64,000 bases of DNA, taken from contig CAVRAL010000004.1 in assembly GCA_963719085.1 (NCBI GenBank), positions 1,088,001-1,152,000 on the forward strand, read 5' to 3'. Position numbers and translations under genes: made by a program. This document shows positions 1 through 9,465 of this stretch, piece after piece (within the stretch, counting starts at the first letter, position 1; every line of letters begins with the position of its first letter). The stretch is from a candidate division FCPU426 bacterium (lineage in GTDB: Bacteria > Oederibacteriota > Muellerivitia > Muellerivitales > Muellerivitaceae). A model generated the notes under the pieces. The model saw only the letters and a program-made list of their open reading frames with translations. It was not told the DNA's origin and ran no database searches.

Positions 1-1
1 C

Positions 2-346
2 TTTATTGATTCCATTAACGCTTATCTTTACCACGACCCGGTGGCCTTGGCGCTCATGGCCTTTATCGCTTACGCCTATACCTACCACTATCTCAACTGG
101 TTTTCCAAAACCTCCATCATCCGGTGGCATGAGGTGTCCCGCGCCCGGCTCGGATGGATTTTGGGGATTTGGGCCGCGTCTTTGGCGCTTTCGGCGTGGA
201 ATTATCAAACGGGATTTCGCTGGCTCTTTTTCCTGAGTTTCACCCACGTGCTTTTGGAATTTCCCTTGAATCATTTGACTTGGGTGGGGATCGGAAAGCA
301 AATTCGAAACGGCGTTTCGCCCGAGGCGGGGTCCGAAGCCGGATAA
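2..346 (+). CDS. Hypothetical integral membrane protein (5'-truncated by window edge)
   Basis: Frame open from base 2; hydrophobic segments with His-containing motifs (YTYHYLNWFSKT, SFTHVLLEFPLNH). Confidence 0.75.
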   Translation, partial: FIDSINAYLYHDPVALALMAFIAYAYTYHYLNWFSKTSIIRWHEVSRARLGWILGIWAASLALSAWNYQTGFRWLFFLSFTHVLLEFPLNHLTWVGIGKQIRNGVSPEAGSEAG

Positions 347-352
347 CCCGCT

Positions 353-1168
353 TTATCGTTTCGCGTTAGCCGTCACCCAGCGCTTTTCGTCTTTTCCCGC
401 CCATAAGGTTTTGAAAATTTGCGAATGCACCAAGCCGTTGCTGGCCAAGGCGTTTTGAGCCAAAAGATCGAAGGGTTTTCCCGAGATGTCGGTGACCTTT
501 CCCCCGGCTTCCAACACCAGCAAAACCCCGGCCGCCATGTCCCAGGCCTGGATGCCTCTTTCCCAAAAACCCTCGAAGCGCCCGGCCGCCACATAGGCCA
601 GGTTCATGGCCGCGGAGCCGTCCCGGCGGACGCCCTGAGATTTCAACACGAAATTTTGGAAATTCTCGAAGTTATAAAGCGTCTTTAAAACCCCATAGGC
701 GAAGCCGGTACACAGCAGGCTTTTTTGCAAGGTCCCGACTTTGGAAACCCGAAGCCGGCGCCCGTTTAAAAAGGCGCCCTTGTTTTTTTCGGCGGTAAAG
801 CACTCATCCCGCAGGGAATCGTAAATGACCCCGGCCAGCAATTGTCCGTCCTTGACGAGGGCGATGGAAACGCAAAAAAAAGGATAGGCGTGGGCGTAAT
901 TGGTGGTGCCGTCCAAGGGGTCCACGATCCAGGTGTAATTGGCGTCGTCCAGCTGTCCCCCGGTTTCCTCACCCCAAAAGGTGTGGGTGGGGAAGTTCTT
1001 TTTTAAAAGGTCGAAGATGATTTTTTCACATCGGCCGTCCACTTCGGTGACCAGGTTCAATTGATTGCCCGACTTGAACCGGATGTCCCGGACCTTGCCG
1101 TAATAGCGTTTGTGGATTTTTCCGGCGGCCTTGGCGGCCTTGACGGCGGCGGTTAAAAAAGCGCTCAT
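353..1168 (-). CDS. suhB: Inositol monophosphatase family protein
   Basis: Motifs NLVTEVD, GEE, WIVDPLDGTTNY, GSAA, WDMAAG. Confidence 0.92.
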   Translation of the reverse strand: MSAFLTAAVKAAKAAGKIHKRYYGKVRDIRFKSGNQLNLVTEVDGRCEKIIFDLLKKNFPTHTFWGEETGGQLDDANYTWIVDPLDGTTNYAHAYPFFCVSIALVKDGQLLAGVIYDSLRDECFTAEKNKGAFLNGRRLRVSKVGTLQKSLLCTGFAYGVLKTLYNFENFQNFVLKSQGVRRDGSAAMNLAYVAAGRFEGFWERGIQAWDMAAGVLLVLEAGGKVTDISGKPFDLLAQNALASNGLVHSQIFKTLWAGKDEKRWVTANAKR

Positions 1169-1313
1169 GATTTCCCCTTGAAAAGAAGTTCGGGGATTCT
1201 AGCAGAAGAAAGGCCCGGCTGGGGGGGCCTTGACCGCGCTTGGAGCTCTTCTTACTAGTGATCCCAAGACAAGGGCGGAAAATTCCGTCCGGAAACAACG
1301 ATGGAGGAAAAAA

Positions 1314-1730
1314 ATGACATTTGGAAAATTGGTAAGTGGGCGTTTGGCGAACGATCTTTTAAACGAACGTAATTTTTGGGATTGGGCCGAGGGACGCACG
1401 CAGCTATTGCCGGCTGTCGATGTGGAGGAATCGGAGAACGACTATGTTTTTAGGGCCGAAATTCCGGGCCTGAAGAAGGAAGACGTCAAGATATCACTGG
1501 TGGACAACGTGCTGACGCTCGCGGGCGAGAAAAAAGCCGAGGAACGCCGGCAAGATAGGACCTATCACCGAGTGGAAAGGACTTCGGGTTCCTTCCGCAG
1601 GACCTATTCGATTTCCAAGCCTATCCAGGCCGATAAGATTTCGGCCCAATATAAGGACGGGGTTTTGGAAATCACGGTGCCCAAGGCCGAGGAAGCTAAG
1701 CCGCGGGAAATCGAGATCAAGGTTCAATAA
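1314..1730 (+). CDS. Small heat shock protein (Hsp20/alpha-crystallin)
   Basis: PAVDVEE, AEIPG, ERTSGSFRR, YKDGVLEITVPK; start moved to ATG 1314 after GGAGG SD. Confidence 0.93.
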   Translation: MTFGKLVSGRLANDLLNERNFWDWAEGRTQLLPAVDVEESENDYVFRAEIPGLKKEDVKISLVDNVLTLAGEKKAEERRQDRTYHRVERTSGSFRRTYSISKPIQADKISAQYKDGVLEITVPKAEEAKPREIEIKVQ

Positions 1731-1741
1731 AAGCCCTTTTG

Positions 1742-1776
1742 AAAAGCCCCCCGGCGAAGCGCCGGGGGGCTTTTTT
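1742..1776 (+). terminator. Intrinsic terminator after hsp20
   Basis: AAAAGCCCCCCGGCG-AAG-CGCCGGGGGGCTTTTTT perfect stem with T-tract. Confidence 0.9.
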
Positions 1777-1945
1777 GTTTCGGACGGCCTTCAGTCACCC
1801 CACAATGGGCCGCGCCGGTGTTTATTTTAAGAAAAACTCTTTGCGGCTTTCCTGGAAAGCGATAGGCTGGGCCCAGTCCCGGTAGGTGCGTGGGATGGAT
1901 CCCGGGACGGTCTGTCCGGGAAATAATTTTAAAAGGGAAAGCGCG

Positions 1946-2671
1946 ATGAGTTTATTGGTTCTATACAGCCTGCTGGTGGTCTTGACGGCTTGGGGCGGGG
2001 CGAGCGTGCCTTTCTTTTTTCACCGGAAGTCCAAAAACCATCCCTTTCTTCGGTTCTTTATCAGCTTCGGCGCCGGCATCATGCTGGGCGCGGCCTTTTT
2101 GCATCTTTTGCCCGACGCCTTTCAGCTGGCGGGCGCTTCGACCGGTTTTTGGGTTTTGGGCGGGTTTTTATTATTGTTTTTTTTAGAGTCCTTCAGTTTT
2201 TCCCACCCCTGCGAGGACGACGAGCACGATTATCATTCCCTGGGCTGGGTCGCCATGCTGGGTTTAAGCCTTCATAATTTGGTGAACGGCGTGGCTTTGG
2301 GATCGGGTTCCCGGATCGCGGCGGTGGGTTGGGTGGTTTTCATCGCCACCGTGGCCCACAAAGCGCCTGAGTTTTTCTCGCTCTCCAGCATTCTGTTGGC
2401 GGGCAAAAGATCCGCTCGAAGGGTCATTCCCATGGTGCTTTTTGTCTCGCTCATGATCCCCACGGGGGCGCTTCTTTCCGGATTTTTACTTTCCCAGAGC
2501 AGTCAATATGTTTTGGGCTGCGCTTTAGGATTCTCGTCCGGAACCTTTATCCATTTGGCGGTGGTGGATCTGGCCCCCGAAATGCGCCGTCAAGAACAAG
2601 GACGCCTTTACCATTTCGCCGCGTTTCTTTTCGGCGTGGCATTGATGGCGCTGGCGACCCGCTGGGAATGA
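1946..2671 (+). CDS. ZIP family metal (zinc) transporter
   Basis: GAGIMLGAAFLHLLPDA, His/acidic loop (HPCEDDEHDYH), LHNLVNG, AHKAPE, GTFIHLAVVDLAPE; ATG 1946 preferred. Confidence 0.9.
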   Translation: MSLLVLYSLLVVLTAWGGASVPFFFHRKSKNHPFLRFFISFGAGIMLGAAFLHLLPDAFQLAGASTGFWVLGGFLLLFFLESFSFSHPCEDDEHDYHSLGWVAMLGLSLHNLVNGVALGSGSRIAAVGWVVFIATVAHKAPEFFSLSSILLAGKRSARRVIPMVLFVSLMIPTGALLSGFLLSQSSQYVLGCALGFSSGTFIHLAVVDLAPEMRRQEQGRLYHFAAFLFGVALMALATRWE

Positions 2672-2805
2672 TATTCCATGGCTTCATCGTTAAATAGCTT
2701 TGATTTCAGGGCTCAAAACGTTTCCAAGTTGCAGGAGCCTAGGGCGGCTGATACAATGCCGGGGCTCTGCGTTAAATAGAAAATTTCAATCATCGGGACT
2801 TGGAA

Positions 2806-3564
2806 ATGCGTGTTTTTTTATGGATTTTAGGCATTCTTGCGGCCTTGGCCCTGATCTACGTTCTGTTTGTTGGATTGGGATTAAGCCATATTTTTAAATC
2901 CCATAAACAACTCAAAAAAATCCAAGTTTTGAATGATTTTGAATATCCGGACACCGATTTGGATTGGACCACGGGCGGTTATGTGACCTTGGAAAGTTCC
3001 ACCGAGAACCAAACCCACGGAAAACGGTCCCTGGAAGCCACCTACTTACTCCCGTCGGAATTCATGACAATGCCGACCCCGATGCCCACGGCCGTGCCGC
3101 CTCCAGTGGCCGCTTCGAATCCCAGCGGCAAAACCAAAAAGAAAGCCCTGTCCGCGCCGACACCCACACCTGAGGAGGACTTGGAACCCACCGCCACACC
3201 CGTGAATTGGCTGCCCACGATTACCTTAAGCACGGATTCAGTGACCAAAATCCCGCTTTATGATTGGACTGGATTTACCACCCTAAATATTGACGCTTTC
3301 AATCCCCAGGATAAGCCGGTGACCTATCATTTGGCCGTGGCCGATGGCAGGTCCTTTCAATACGAGACTTCCGGTGAGTTGACCCCGAAGAAAGTCACCA
3401 ATGTGTCGGTGAACTTGAGTGATCTGCTTCAAGCCCGGTTGGACTTGTCCGCGATTAGGTCCTTGAGCTTGGCGGTGGATACCCAAGGCAACAGCCTGCC
3501 GGTTCAAGTTTATTGGGATTACCTGCGCCTGGAAGAAGTGCTTCAGCCCCCCGCCAAGAAATAA
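2806..3564 (+). CDS. Membrane-anchored protein with carbohydrate-binding-like beta-sandwich and Pro/Thr-rich insert
   Basis: N-terminal TM; LNDFE, THGKRSL, DWTGFTTLNIDAFNP and VYWDYLRLE resemble galactose-binding-like/CBM folds; PTPMPT...PTPTP insert. Confidence 0.55.
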   Translation: MRVFLWILGILAALALIYVLFVGLGLSHIFKSHKQLKKIQVLNDFEYPDTDLDWTTGGYVTLESSTENQTHGKRSLEATYLLPSEFMTMPTPMPTAVPPPVAASNPSGKTKKKALSAPTPTPEEDLEPTATPVNWLPTITLSTDSVTKIPLYDWTGFTTLNIDAFNPQDKPVTYHLAVADGRSFQYETSGELTPKKVTNVSVNLSDLLQARLDLSAIRSLSLAVDTQGNSLPVQVYWDYLRLEEVLQPPAKK

Positions 3565-3730
3565 TTTTTTGACACTATGTCTTTCACAAAGCGGCCAAGA
3601 GCCCTCTTTATGAAACAATGATAAATGCCGATGAAGACTGATGTTGGAAACACGAAAATCGGAATTTATCAGCCTCGATCAATGTTTCAATAGGTCTTAT
3701 TTTTCGAAGTGAATCATTCGGTTATTTGTT

Positions 3731-5215
3731 TTAGAGAAAAAAAGTTCCCGAAAGCTCAAACCCGTTTTGGCTGGTGTCCGGGCTGGAAGCGTCGTTTAAA
3801 GGGAATACCTCGCCCAAAAGAAGTTTGGCGTCTAATAAAAGATTGTCTTCCCTTAAGCCCACTCCGCCGACTACGCTGGACGTCAGTGTTTGAAGGCGGG
3901 CGCCAAAACGTTCCTCGTCAATCTCGTTTAATATCCCGATGCGGATCGCCCACTCGGGGGCGATCCATTTTTCCCCGCCAAGGGCGATTTGGTAGCTGTC
4001 CAAATTTGGATCCGCTTGGCCGTCGGCGCCGGAATCCTGCGGATTGAAAGACCCGCCCAAATTATTTTGGGACCGAAACTGCAGGCCCACCAGGTAGTCT
4101 TCGGGCGCTTCTAAGCCAACTCCAACGGCGGTTTGAATCTGTTGATATTGGTCCGTTTCTAAAGGGGCCCCGCCGGGTTGAAATAATTTTTCGGTTAAAA
4201 ACCCGCAGGTCGCGGCCGCGCCTATTTTTAAATCCACGTCGCTTAAATGAATCCTTATTTTCGCCGCTCCCGTGAAGGTCGCGCCTTCGTCGTTCGATAA
4301 AAGATAATCCGGCTGGGTCTGGAAATCCGGGGACGAGGAAGGGACGGTTTGCGCGAAGCGAGTTTGCAGGCCGCTGGAGGAGGCGCTGAAACGAAGTTGA
4401 AGCGATTGGGGAATTTCGTAATAAACCTCGGCGGTTCCACTCGCTTGGCTGAGATGGTAAAGCCGTTGAAGCGGAAAAGGGCTTTGGCTGGGATAAAAAA
4501 CCGAAAGCGTTTGGGTTTGAGTATCGGGAGCCAGGTCCGTCTCAAAAAAACCGCCTAACTGCCAATGGGGGGAGAGCGGGGAATCGCCTTCAACCCCATG
4601 CGCCACGATCCCGGTTTTGAGCGTCCATTGGTTTTCGTTTGTGGTGCCGGATAAAACATTCACATCATTGTTAAAAGCCCCGGGCGCGAAAGTTTGATCG
4701 ATTTGCTGATCGCTGGTTTCAACTCCGAAGGCCAAGGCTCCCCAGTTCACCGCGGTTCGAAAAAGGCCAAAAGCGTCCGCCTGGTTGTATTGGTCGAGCT
4801 GCGAAAAAGCGGGTTGGTCGCGGGGATTGTCCAGGCCGCCCGTCGCTTGAACCGCCCATTGGGGGCTTAAAAAACCAAGCCAGCCTTGGTAACCGATATC
4901 CTTATTTTTCGTCCGGGGAAAGGTGCTCAGGATTTGTTCTTGACGGCCGCCATTCAAGGCGGGCGGCGGAAAAGGCGAATCAGCCCACTGGCCCGAAAGG
5001 TCCAGGCGGTTTTGGGGGGGTAAAAGGACCAAAGCGGCGGGGTTTCCATCCAAAAACAGGTTTAAATCGGCGGTTTCATCCGTGACGATAGTGGTCAAGC
5101 CCCCCATGGCGTCCACCCGGGTTTCGGAAGCGCCGCCGCGGGAGGGCGCGGCGAAGCCACAGGCCATCGAGAGGAAGACACTGATAACCCATAGGACCGC
5201 GCGGGGGTGTTTCAT
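3731..5215 (-). CDS. Outer-membrane beta-barrel, FadL/PorV-like N-terminal motif
   Basis: Signal peptide; RVDAMGG...DET...NPAAL resembles the RxxAMGG..ADD..NPAGL motif; amphipathic strands; ends GFELSGTFFL. Confidence 0.6.
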   Translation of the reverse strand: MKHPRAVLWVISVFLSMACGFAAPSRGGASETRVDAMGGLTTIVTDETADLNLFLDGNPAALVLLPPQNRLDLSGQWADSPFPPPALNGGRQEQILSTFPRTKNKDIGYQGWLGFLSPQWAVQATGGLDNPRDQPAFSQLDQYNQADAFGLFRTAVNWGALAFGVETSDQQIDQTFAPGAFNNDVNVLSGTTNENQWTLKTGIVAHGVEGDSPLSPHWQLGGFFETDLAPDTQTQTLSVFYPSQSPFPLQRLYHLSQASGTAEVYYEIPQSLQLRFSASSSGLQTRFAQTVPSSSPDFQTQPDYLLSNDEGATFTGAAKIRIHLSDVDLKIGAAATCGFLTEKLFQPGGAPLETDQYQQIQTAVGVGLEAPEDYLVGLQFRSQNNLGGSFNPQDSGADGQADPNLDSYQIALGGEKWIAPEWAIRIGILNEIDEERFGARLQTLTSSVVGGVGLREDNLLLDAKLLLGEVFPLNDASSPDTSQNGFELSGTFFL

Positions 5216-5468
5216 GGCAGGCTCCCAAAAATCCGGATGTCGGGCGGAAGTATAGCAGACCGGATGCTGGTTGCTCCCGCCCAAAAATCGGTTAAAATAT
5301 TTGAAAAGGCCTTAAGCGGTTGAACCCCGGATGATGGGGCCTTAATTCCAGTCGCGATTATTTTGGACTGCCTCCCAAAATCCGCGTGTATCAATATTGA
5401 GAATCCAAAGCCGATAACCCAGAACCCGTCCCCGGCGGGTTTTCTGTTGAGCGCATTTGAAGGAACCC

Positions 5469-8400
5469 ATGAAGACCAACACGCTGAAGCCCGTTCAAAC
5501 CGGGGACATCATTGAAGTGGAAATCCAATCGCTCGCCTTCGGCGGGGATTCGGTGAGCCGTTATGAAGGCTTCGCTCTTTTCGTGCGCGGCGGTTTGCCC
5601 GGCGAGCGGGTGAAGATCAAAATCACCCAGGTGAAGGACCATTACGCCACGGGTGAGATCGTGGAGATCCAGCGTTTTTCCCCCGACCGCGTGGCCCCGC
5701 CTTGTCCCATTTTCGAGGAGTGCGGCGGCTGTCAGTGGCAGCACCTTAATTATCCCAAACAGCTCCAGACCAAGCGCCAATTCGTGGTCGACGCTTTACA
5801 GCGCATCGCCAAGATGGACTCCGTCTTGGTCCAACCCTGCCTGCCTTCGGAATCTTCCTACGCCTACCGAAACAAGGCCATGCCGGTTTTATCCATGCGG
5901 GACGGCCATTTCATCTCGGGCATTTACGAACCCCGCTCCCACAAACTGGTGCCTTACCAGAATTGCCCCATCCAAGGCGACGCGATCAATGACCTCATCC
6001 AAAAGGCGCTCAAAAAAATAGACCTGGCGGGTTTAACGCCTTACCAGGAAAAAAAGCATTATGGGTTTTTGAGGCATTTGGCCGTGCGCCAGGGCGTGGG
6101 GACGGGCGAGCTTTTGCTGGCCTTCGTGACCCGCACCCAAATGCCGGAAGAGCGCCTGCATAAAACGACTTTGCTTCCGGAACCCTTGGCTGAAATTTTG
6201 CCCCGGGTAGCCAAAGAGCTGATGGAGGAGATCCCGGGTTTGGTGGGGGTTTTGCAAAACATCAATCCTTCCCGCACCAACATTGTTTTTGGATCCTCGA
6301 CGGAAGTTTTGGCGGGCCGGGATTATTACTTTGAGAAATTCGACGGGCTGACCCTGAAGGTTTCCCTGAAATCCTTCCTGCAGGTCAACACGCCGCAGGC
6401 TCAGGTGCTGCATACCATCGTGCGGGAGGCGCTCGGGGAGCCCGAGGGCCGTAAAAAATGGGGAACGGTTCTTGATCTTTATTCCGGCATCGGCACCCTG
6501 GCCATGGCCGTGGCGGATCGGGCCGATTATGTGGTCGGAGCCGAGGAAGTCGCCCCGGCGGTCGAGGACGCCCGTCAAAACGCCGAATTGAACCGCAAAA
6601 CAAACATCGATTATCTGGAAGGGGATGTGGCGGACCTTCTTTTGAAATTGAAGGCCCAAGGTCTCTCGCAAATTGACGCGGCCATCATGGACCCCCCGCG
6701 AAAAGGGGTTTTGCCTGAAGTGTTATCCCGCTTGACGGCGTTGAAGCCTGAACGCCTGGTTTATGTTTCCTGCGACCCCACGACTTTGGCCCGGGACTTG
6801 GCGCTTTTAATGAAGCACGGCTACAGTGTGGATTGGGCCCAGCCCCTGGATATGTTTCCCCAAACCTATCACGTGGAAACCGTCGTCCGGCTGACCCGGG
6901 AAAAACCTTTGTCGCCCGAGGAAGCCGCGCCGGCCAAACCGGAGCTGGAGCCTTTCCGCCTTCCCAAGATGGCCCGGGTCAGCTTGAACATATCGGCTTT
7001 GGGTCAAAAGATTCAGTTTGGGGTCGCCGCGGCGCAAACCGCCCTTTCGGGCCTGTTCCAAAAGAAGGATTCCATTCACTGGCCTTTAGCGGATCCGGCG
7101 AAGCTTGTGGTTGAAAAAGAGGCGCTTGAGACGGTTTCGGTGGAAGCGGCGAACGAAGAGCTGACGTTGGAATCCAGCCTGGAAGTTTCCGAGAAAGACG
7201 CCTTGGCCGAGCCGCTGCCCTCCCAGGCGCGGCCGGAGCGCCAGTTCCCGAATCAATGGATCGCCCTGCTTCGGCAAGGGACCCGGAATTTCCCCTGGAG
7301 TCCCCGGACGATCGGCATCGCTTTGCTTCTTTTATTCATCCTCGCCGGAGGCAGCTACTTCGCGGTGGCGGATTTGGCGCCCCTAATCGCCCGGTCCCCC
7401 TTCCAAGTGGCGACTACGCCGCAATTTATCCCCGATACCATCGCCATCATGCCCACGCGGAATTTTTTGAGGTATGAAATGGTGCCTTTTGAGGTGCGCA
7501 TCCATCCGGAGGACATGCCGCATTTTTCGGCCATGCACGCCGTGGTGGAGGTTTTTCATGACGGACAACCCGTGGCTATGGTGGATGGAAAAACGAAACT
7601 GTACCTAAAAAAAGACCCGGCGAACGCCCGTTTCATCGGCAATTGGCCCATTCCTTATAATCCCGAACCCGGCACCTACACCGCCCAAATCGCCTTGACC
7701 GGACCCCAGTGGCCCGACCCCAAAGGTTTCGAGTCCGCCTTTACCATTTCGCCTTTGAAGCCCTCGGGACTTTATCCGGGATACTCCGCGCTCACGATGG
7801 AAGGCGGCAAGCATCTATTCAACGGGGTGGTTCCGCCCGTGGATGGAAAGGGCCCGGATAGCCTGGCCAACGCGATGGGGTGGGTTAAATTCATGGGCGC
7901 TAACACCTATTGTTTTCTCGCCGGGCAGACCTCGGTTTGGGATAAGTTGAACCTGAAAGATTTTCCCTTTAACCGCGGAGACGTGGAGCTGGCCCATCGT
8001 TACGGCGCGGCGGCCCATGACGCGGGATTGAAGTTCGCGGCTTACATGACCACCTTCCGGGTGGTGGGCGATGGATGGCAGCAGGCCCAAGGCCATTATC
8101 AGTTCACCATGGGCTATGACGCGGATTCGGACCAAGTAGTCCCCACCGATTTTATTTCGCTTGAGGATCCCAACCGGCGGCAGGACATCGTGGGCTTATT
8201 GAAGGAGCTGGATAAAGACCCGAACATCGACATGATTGGCCTGGATTATGTCCGCACCGGAACGGGCGGCTATGAAATGGTCGATGAGTTCGTGCGCGAT
8301 TTGAACGTGCCGGGCCCGGCGGATTATTGGTCCATGTCCAAGGATGAGCGCATCCATTGGCTGGCCCGAACGGTGGCGCTCAAAGAAAACAAGGATGTGG

Positions 8401-9302
8401 TGGCGCTTTTTGAGTGGTGGCGCGCGCACAAGGTGGCGATGACCTTGAAGGCGCTGCTCGATCAAGCCAAGCTCAGCAAACCCGTTTTCACTTTCACCTT
8501 GGGCTGGGACATGGGACATGAGCATGGGCAAGATCCGGCCATGTTTGAGGACGCCGGAGTTAATTTTAACCACATCATGCTTTATCAAAGCGACCGAAAA
8601 ACGATTGAGCAAATGAACCTGCAATGGCCGGCTTATATTTCCCGCAGCAACGGCATGTACGCGCTGGGCGAGATGGTGGATGAGAATTGGGTTCAGGACT
8701 CCATCAACCCTCCGGGCCCGGAAGAGCTTTATAACCGGGAAGCGGAAACCTTCCAGAGCTGGCAGCCCGTCAACGCCGGGATCGGCATGTTTTGGCACGA
8801 CCTCTACCGTTTGATTTACGGCCAGAAGGGTCCCTATAGCGCCATGGAATGGGCGGTGGCCGGCGGCAAGGCGTTCTCCTTATTACAGCGAACCGAAGGC
8901 GTTTTGCCTTTGGAAATAGAGCTGACGATCCCGAAAGAAGCCCCGGCGGGGGTTCCGATTCCCATCAGCGTGATGATTCACAACTCATCCATTAACCCGA
9001 TGACCGGCATCGTGCTGCACCAGGTGGATACCTCCAAAGAATATTTCACCGACTTGGCCACCGTGGGCCCCTTTGACATTCCGGCGGGGGACATGGTCCG
9101 GGTCAAGGACCTTTATGTAACCCTTCCCAAAGAACCCCACCCGGAAAGGGACGACCGTTACATGGCGGCGGTGCTCGCGGAAAAACCCGGACAATCCTTA
9201 AGGGCCTTTGATTTCGCCTATGTGAAGGCTTTGCCGCCGGGGACGGCGATCAAGGCTACTGACATGCCAAAACCCGACGATGTCAAATCGGCGAACGAAT
9301 AA
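5469..9302 (+). CDS. rlmD: 23S rRNA m5U methyltransferase RlmD fused to TM helix and extracytoplasmic glycoside-hydrolase-like domain
   Basis: TRAM domain, CPIFEECGGC Fe-S motif, SFLQVN, DLYSGIG, DPPRKG, YVSCDPTTLARD, DMFPQTYHVE; then linker, TM (~7308-7370) and a ~640-aa domain containing DMIGLDYVR. Confidence 0.85.
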   Translation: MKTNTLKPVQTGDIIEVEIQSLAFGGDSVSRYEGFALFVRGGLPGERVKIKITQVKDHYATGEIVEIQRFSPDRVAPPCPIFEECGGCQWQHLNYPKQLQTKRQFVVDALQRIAKMDSVLVQPCLPSESSYAYRNKAMPVLSMRDGHFISGIYEPRSHKLVPYQNCPIQGDAINDLIQKALKKIDLAGLTPYQEKKHYGFLRHLAVRQGVGTGELLLAFVTRTQMPEERLHKTTLLPEPLAEILPRVAKELMEEIPGLVGVLQNINPSRTNIVFGSSTEVLAGRDYYFEKFDGLTLKVSLKSFLQVNTPQAQVLHTIVREALGEPEGRKKWGTVLDLYSGIGTLAMAVADRADYVVGAEEVAPAVEDARQNAELNRKTNIDYLEGDVADLLLKLKAQGLSQIDAAIMDPPRKGVLPEVLSRLTALKPERLVYVSCDPTTLARDLALLMKHGYSVDWAQPLDMFPQTYHVETVVRLTREKPLSPEEAAPAKPELEPFRLPKMARVSLNISALGQKIQFGVAAAQTALSGLFQKKDSIHWPLADPAKLVVEKEALETVSVEAANEELTLESSLEVSEKDALAEPLPSQARPERQFPNQWIALLRQGTRNFPWSPRTIGIALLLLFILAGGSYFAVADLAPLIARSPFQVATTPQFIPDTIAIMPTRNFLRYEMVPFEVRIHPEDMPHFSAMHAVVEVFHDGQPVAMVDGKTKLYLKKDPANARFIGNWPIPYNPEPGTYTAQIALTGPQWPDPKGFESAFTISPLKPSGLYPGYSALTMEGGKHLFNGVVPPVDGKGPDSLANAMGWVKFMGANTYCFLAGQTSVWDKLNLKDFPFNRGDVELAHRYGAAAHDAGLKFAAYMTTFRVVGDGWQQAQGHYQFTMGYDADSDQVVPTDFISLEDPNRRQDIVGLLKELDKDPNIDMIGLDYVRTGTGGYEMVDEFVRDLNVPGPADYWSMSKDERIHWLARTVALKENKDVVALFEWWRAHKVAMTLKALLDQAKLSKPVFTFTLGWDMGHEHGQDPAMFEDAGVNFNHIMLYQSDRKTIEQMNLQWPAYISRSNGMYALGEMVDENWVQDSINPPGPEELYNREAETFQSWQPVNAGIGMFWHDLYRLIYGQKGPYSAMEWAVAGGKAFSLLQRTEGVLPLEIELTIPKEAPAGVPIPISVMIHNSSINPMTGIVLHQVDTSKEYFTDLATVGPFDIPAGDMVRVKDLYVTLPKEPHPERDDRYMAAVLAEKPGQSLRAFDFAYVKALPPGTAIKATDMPKPDDVKSANE

Positions 9303-9465
9303 AACCATTCCTTTAGTTTATTGTGAAAATAAAAAGAGAAGGCCGTTTCGGACGCTTTTGACCGCCCGGCAGAGGCCCTTAAAACTGTTTTTTTAGCACC
9401 CCGGCAACCGTTTTTAGTACAATGACCGGCGCTTTGTCTCATGAATTCCTCATTGAGGGGTGGGT

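Noticed and set aside
1780..1945. Possible metal-sensing riboswitch or operator before the ZIP transporter
   Set aside because: No recognisable riboswitch consensus or clear Zur/Fur-type palindrome by eye.
9393..9420. TTAGCAC as a possible CIRCE half-site
   Set aside because: No GAGTGCTAA right arm at 9-nt spacing, and the downstream genes are not chaperones.
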